DNA of 63,614 nt, the filler included, from Choristocarpus tenellus KU-1152 (Eukaryota; Protista; Phaeophyceae): the NCBI GenBank assembly GCA_964200185.2. It is 9 parts of 9 records of this genome, joined end to end, with 100 filler letters (N's around TTAATTAATTAA, not from the genome) between each part and the next. Parts side by side here need not be neighbours in the genome. Positions count along the whole stretch, not along the records: positions 60,894 to 63,614 come from CAXNAD020025316.1; 8 more parts are not named here. The stretch is one strand, 5' to 3'. Shown piece after piece: positions 61,530 to 63,614 of the stretch; position 1 is the stretch's first letter; every line of letters begins with the position of its first letter. The position numbers and the translations under genes are program-made. The notes beneath the pieces were generated by a model that saw only the letters and a program-made list of their open reading frames with translations, made no database searches and was not told the DNA's origin.

Positions 61530-63614
61530 CTACACAGTGCTGGCCTTATTAGGCGATCGTTTACCGTGCCAATAGAAGACATTTGAGTGGCGGCGATGGC
61601 GATGCAATGGTTGCACAGCAGTTCCGTCTAATAGGAAGCATGTCTTTGTTATTTGGGGAATCGGGGGGTCGTCGAGGGGCTTCTACATCTCCATGTTCAG
61701 GCATGAGGGTGATCAGAGGAAGGTAGTCCTAATGTTGAAGGAACACATATTTTCATCTAAGGGCTCATCCCTGCTGTGTAGAGAGACATGTGACCTATAT
61801 CAATAAGGCCTAGACAAAATCAGTGCTGAAGCTCACTATTTATTTATTTATTTATTTTTAATCATGGTCTGCTCTGCTCTTGTCATAGTAGAATAGTACT
61901 TCAAAAGTTGAGAAGGGTTTTTTTTTTTTTAAGATGAGGTCTCCCAACGGTGCTTGGGGTGGGAGAGAACAGAAGTGGAGGGGTTTTTTGGTGACAGCTC
62001 AAGCAAAACCATAAACGAGAATGCAAAATATACATAATTATTCACTTCAGCAATGCACACAGAACACTAGCAGCGACATGCACACCTCTGTTGATCTGAA
62101 CACACTACGAAATACTTAGAACAGAGTAGCCGACCACTACTCAACTGACCTCTCCCTCCAGGTCCTTGGGGCAGCTGAAGAGGGAGCAGAGCACAACCGC
62201 AAAGTCCTCTGCCCAGCTGGAGCCAAACCCGGTGCCACCACACTTTGGGCATGGCACGTAGCCAACCCTGGTGACCCTGGAAGGTATACGTGACCAAGGG
62301 TCGTACTTGGGACGGTGAGTGAGGTTTGAATTTATAAGCCCGAGAGTGACAAAGGGACAGTTGTGGCGATTCTACGAAGGCAGGAAGCGTGTACCCTACG
62401 ATTCGAAAAGTAGAACAAAGGGGATGAAATTTAGTGGATCAGGGTACCAGGAGATTGAGGTCGCTAAGGCAGCGGGAAGAGTTACAGTTGGTCTTGCTGA
62501 GGCTATCACGCTACTCGATGGTAGCGAGGTCCACAGATTGGATAAGTGACAGTAATGGGAATTTGATGCGCTCAAGTTTGGATGGGGAAAGACAACATAC
62601 TTGCTACAACAAACGTAAGTCTCCGCGCATTGAGCAGCAGCACAACAAGCTAGGAACTTGGCGAATTCGTGCCCAGGCTCCATTTGGCGGGTGAGCTCTG
62701 CATCATCCTCCTCTCGTGCCAACACCATGCTTCTTCCGGGGGTACAGAACATTGCAAAAGTGGCGAGATTGGCGAGAGTGCAAACAACGCTAAAATTGTC
62801 ATTAAGCTTGATGGGTTGAGAGGTTGGATTCTTTTAAAATATTGGATTCTCCCATCCAAAGCACTACACTCAAGCAATGATACAGCTGCAAGATATTCAG
62901 ATTCGTTTTCTGTCTGCATAATACCTCGACAATCTTTGACCCTATTAGATACCCATCACATGTAGAGTTGATTATTCACCCATCAGGCATTATCGTGGTC
63001 TATTGGGCGGAGTGACGCTTGTTTTGGTGTGTGGTAATTCAAGTTGCAAACAATGAGCACCTCTATTGCTACCATCCACAACTGTCGGTCCGAGTCTACC
63101 AAAGGGTCTAGCTTCAACTACAGTCCAATCTTACAAACTCTACTATTATGAACGGTAGGCAGGGTAGAGTACTATAGGCAGGCATCTTAGATGCAAGTTG
63201 CTCGGACGTTCTCAGGCTTAGTCATCACCAAACAACACATCTATTCCAATTCAAAGGCACAGTTGTGCACATATGTGGGTATATTATATCTATACTAACC
63301 TGAGATTGCGGCCTCACGAACGTAACCCCCTTGAAGGGATGTGGGTAGATCTATCACCTTCAGTCTTGTTGCATTTCCTTTCTAAGGGATGATTAGGCTG
63401 TCATCACCTTGTCTAGGCGATGTTGAACTTTGACGGTTTTGAAAGAGTAAAGATAAAAATCAATATGTACTTAAACAAGATACAGCAGTAGTATTTTTAT
63501 TATTATGCCCTATGACATTATATAAATGTGTCTGAGAAAAAACAGTCAGTGGGGCTTCATCACTACCAGTCAAGACGTAAGAACGAAGTGGATCTTCCAT
63601 GTATATGACATTCG

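Overview
Eukaryotic, intron-rich DNA of roughly 40% GC. The TTAGGG repeats, gene content and intron density suggest a stramenopile, plausibly a brown alga or relative (inference). The window is nine contigs joined by eight artificial 100-bp pads (N44-TTAATTAATTAA-N44), so most genes are partial and adjacency across pads is unproven. Spliced genes I could reconstruct by hand: casein kinase II beta (+, 4236-8237), an EF-hand protein (-, 9188-12553), an RS-rich protein (-) head-to-head with a signal-peptide coiled-coil protein (+), a micro-exon gene end (+, 34210-35274), a low-complexity gene (-, 36407-41080), a divergent AzgA/NCS2 nucleobase permease (-, 42265-48859) and an EF-hand-containing two-pore channel (-, 56569-60649). 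Non-coding DNA is dense in mobile elements: several MITE families sharing a G-N-N-Y-C/G-AAAGTATCT end with 4-bp TSDs (Sola2-like), foldback palindromes, a tRNA-Ile-derived SINE-like relic, an IS630-Tc1-mariner transposase fragment, a CRE-like non-LTR fragment, minisatellites and many short interstitial TTAGGG arrays. I found no CRISPR array and no clear new multi-gene system. The best leads are the MITE superfamily, apparent de novo telomere-repeat insertions, and frequent AAG/GAG splice acceptors.
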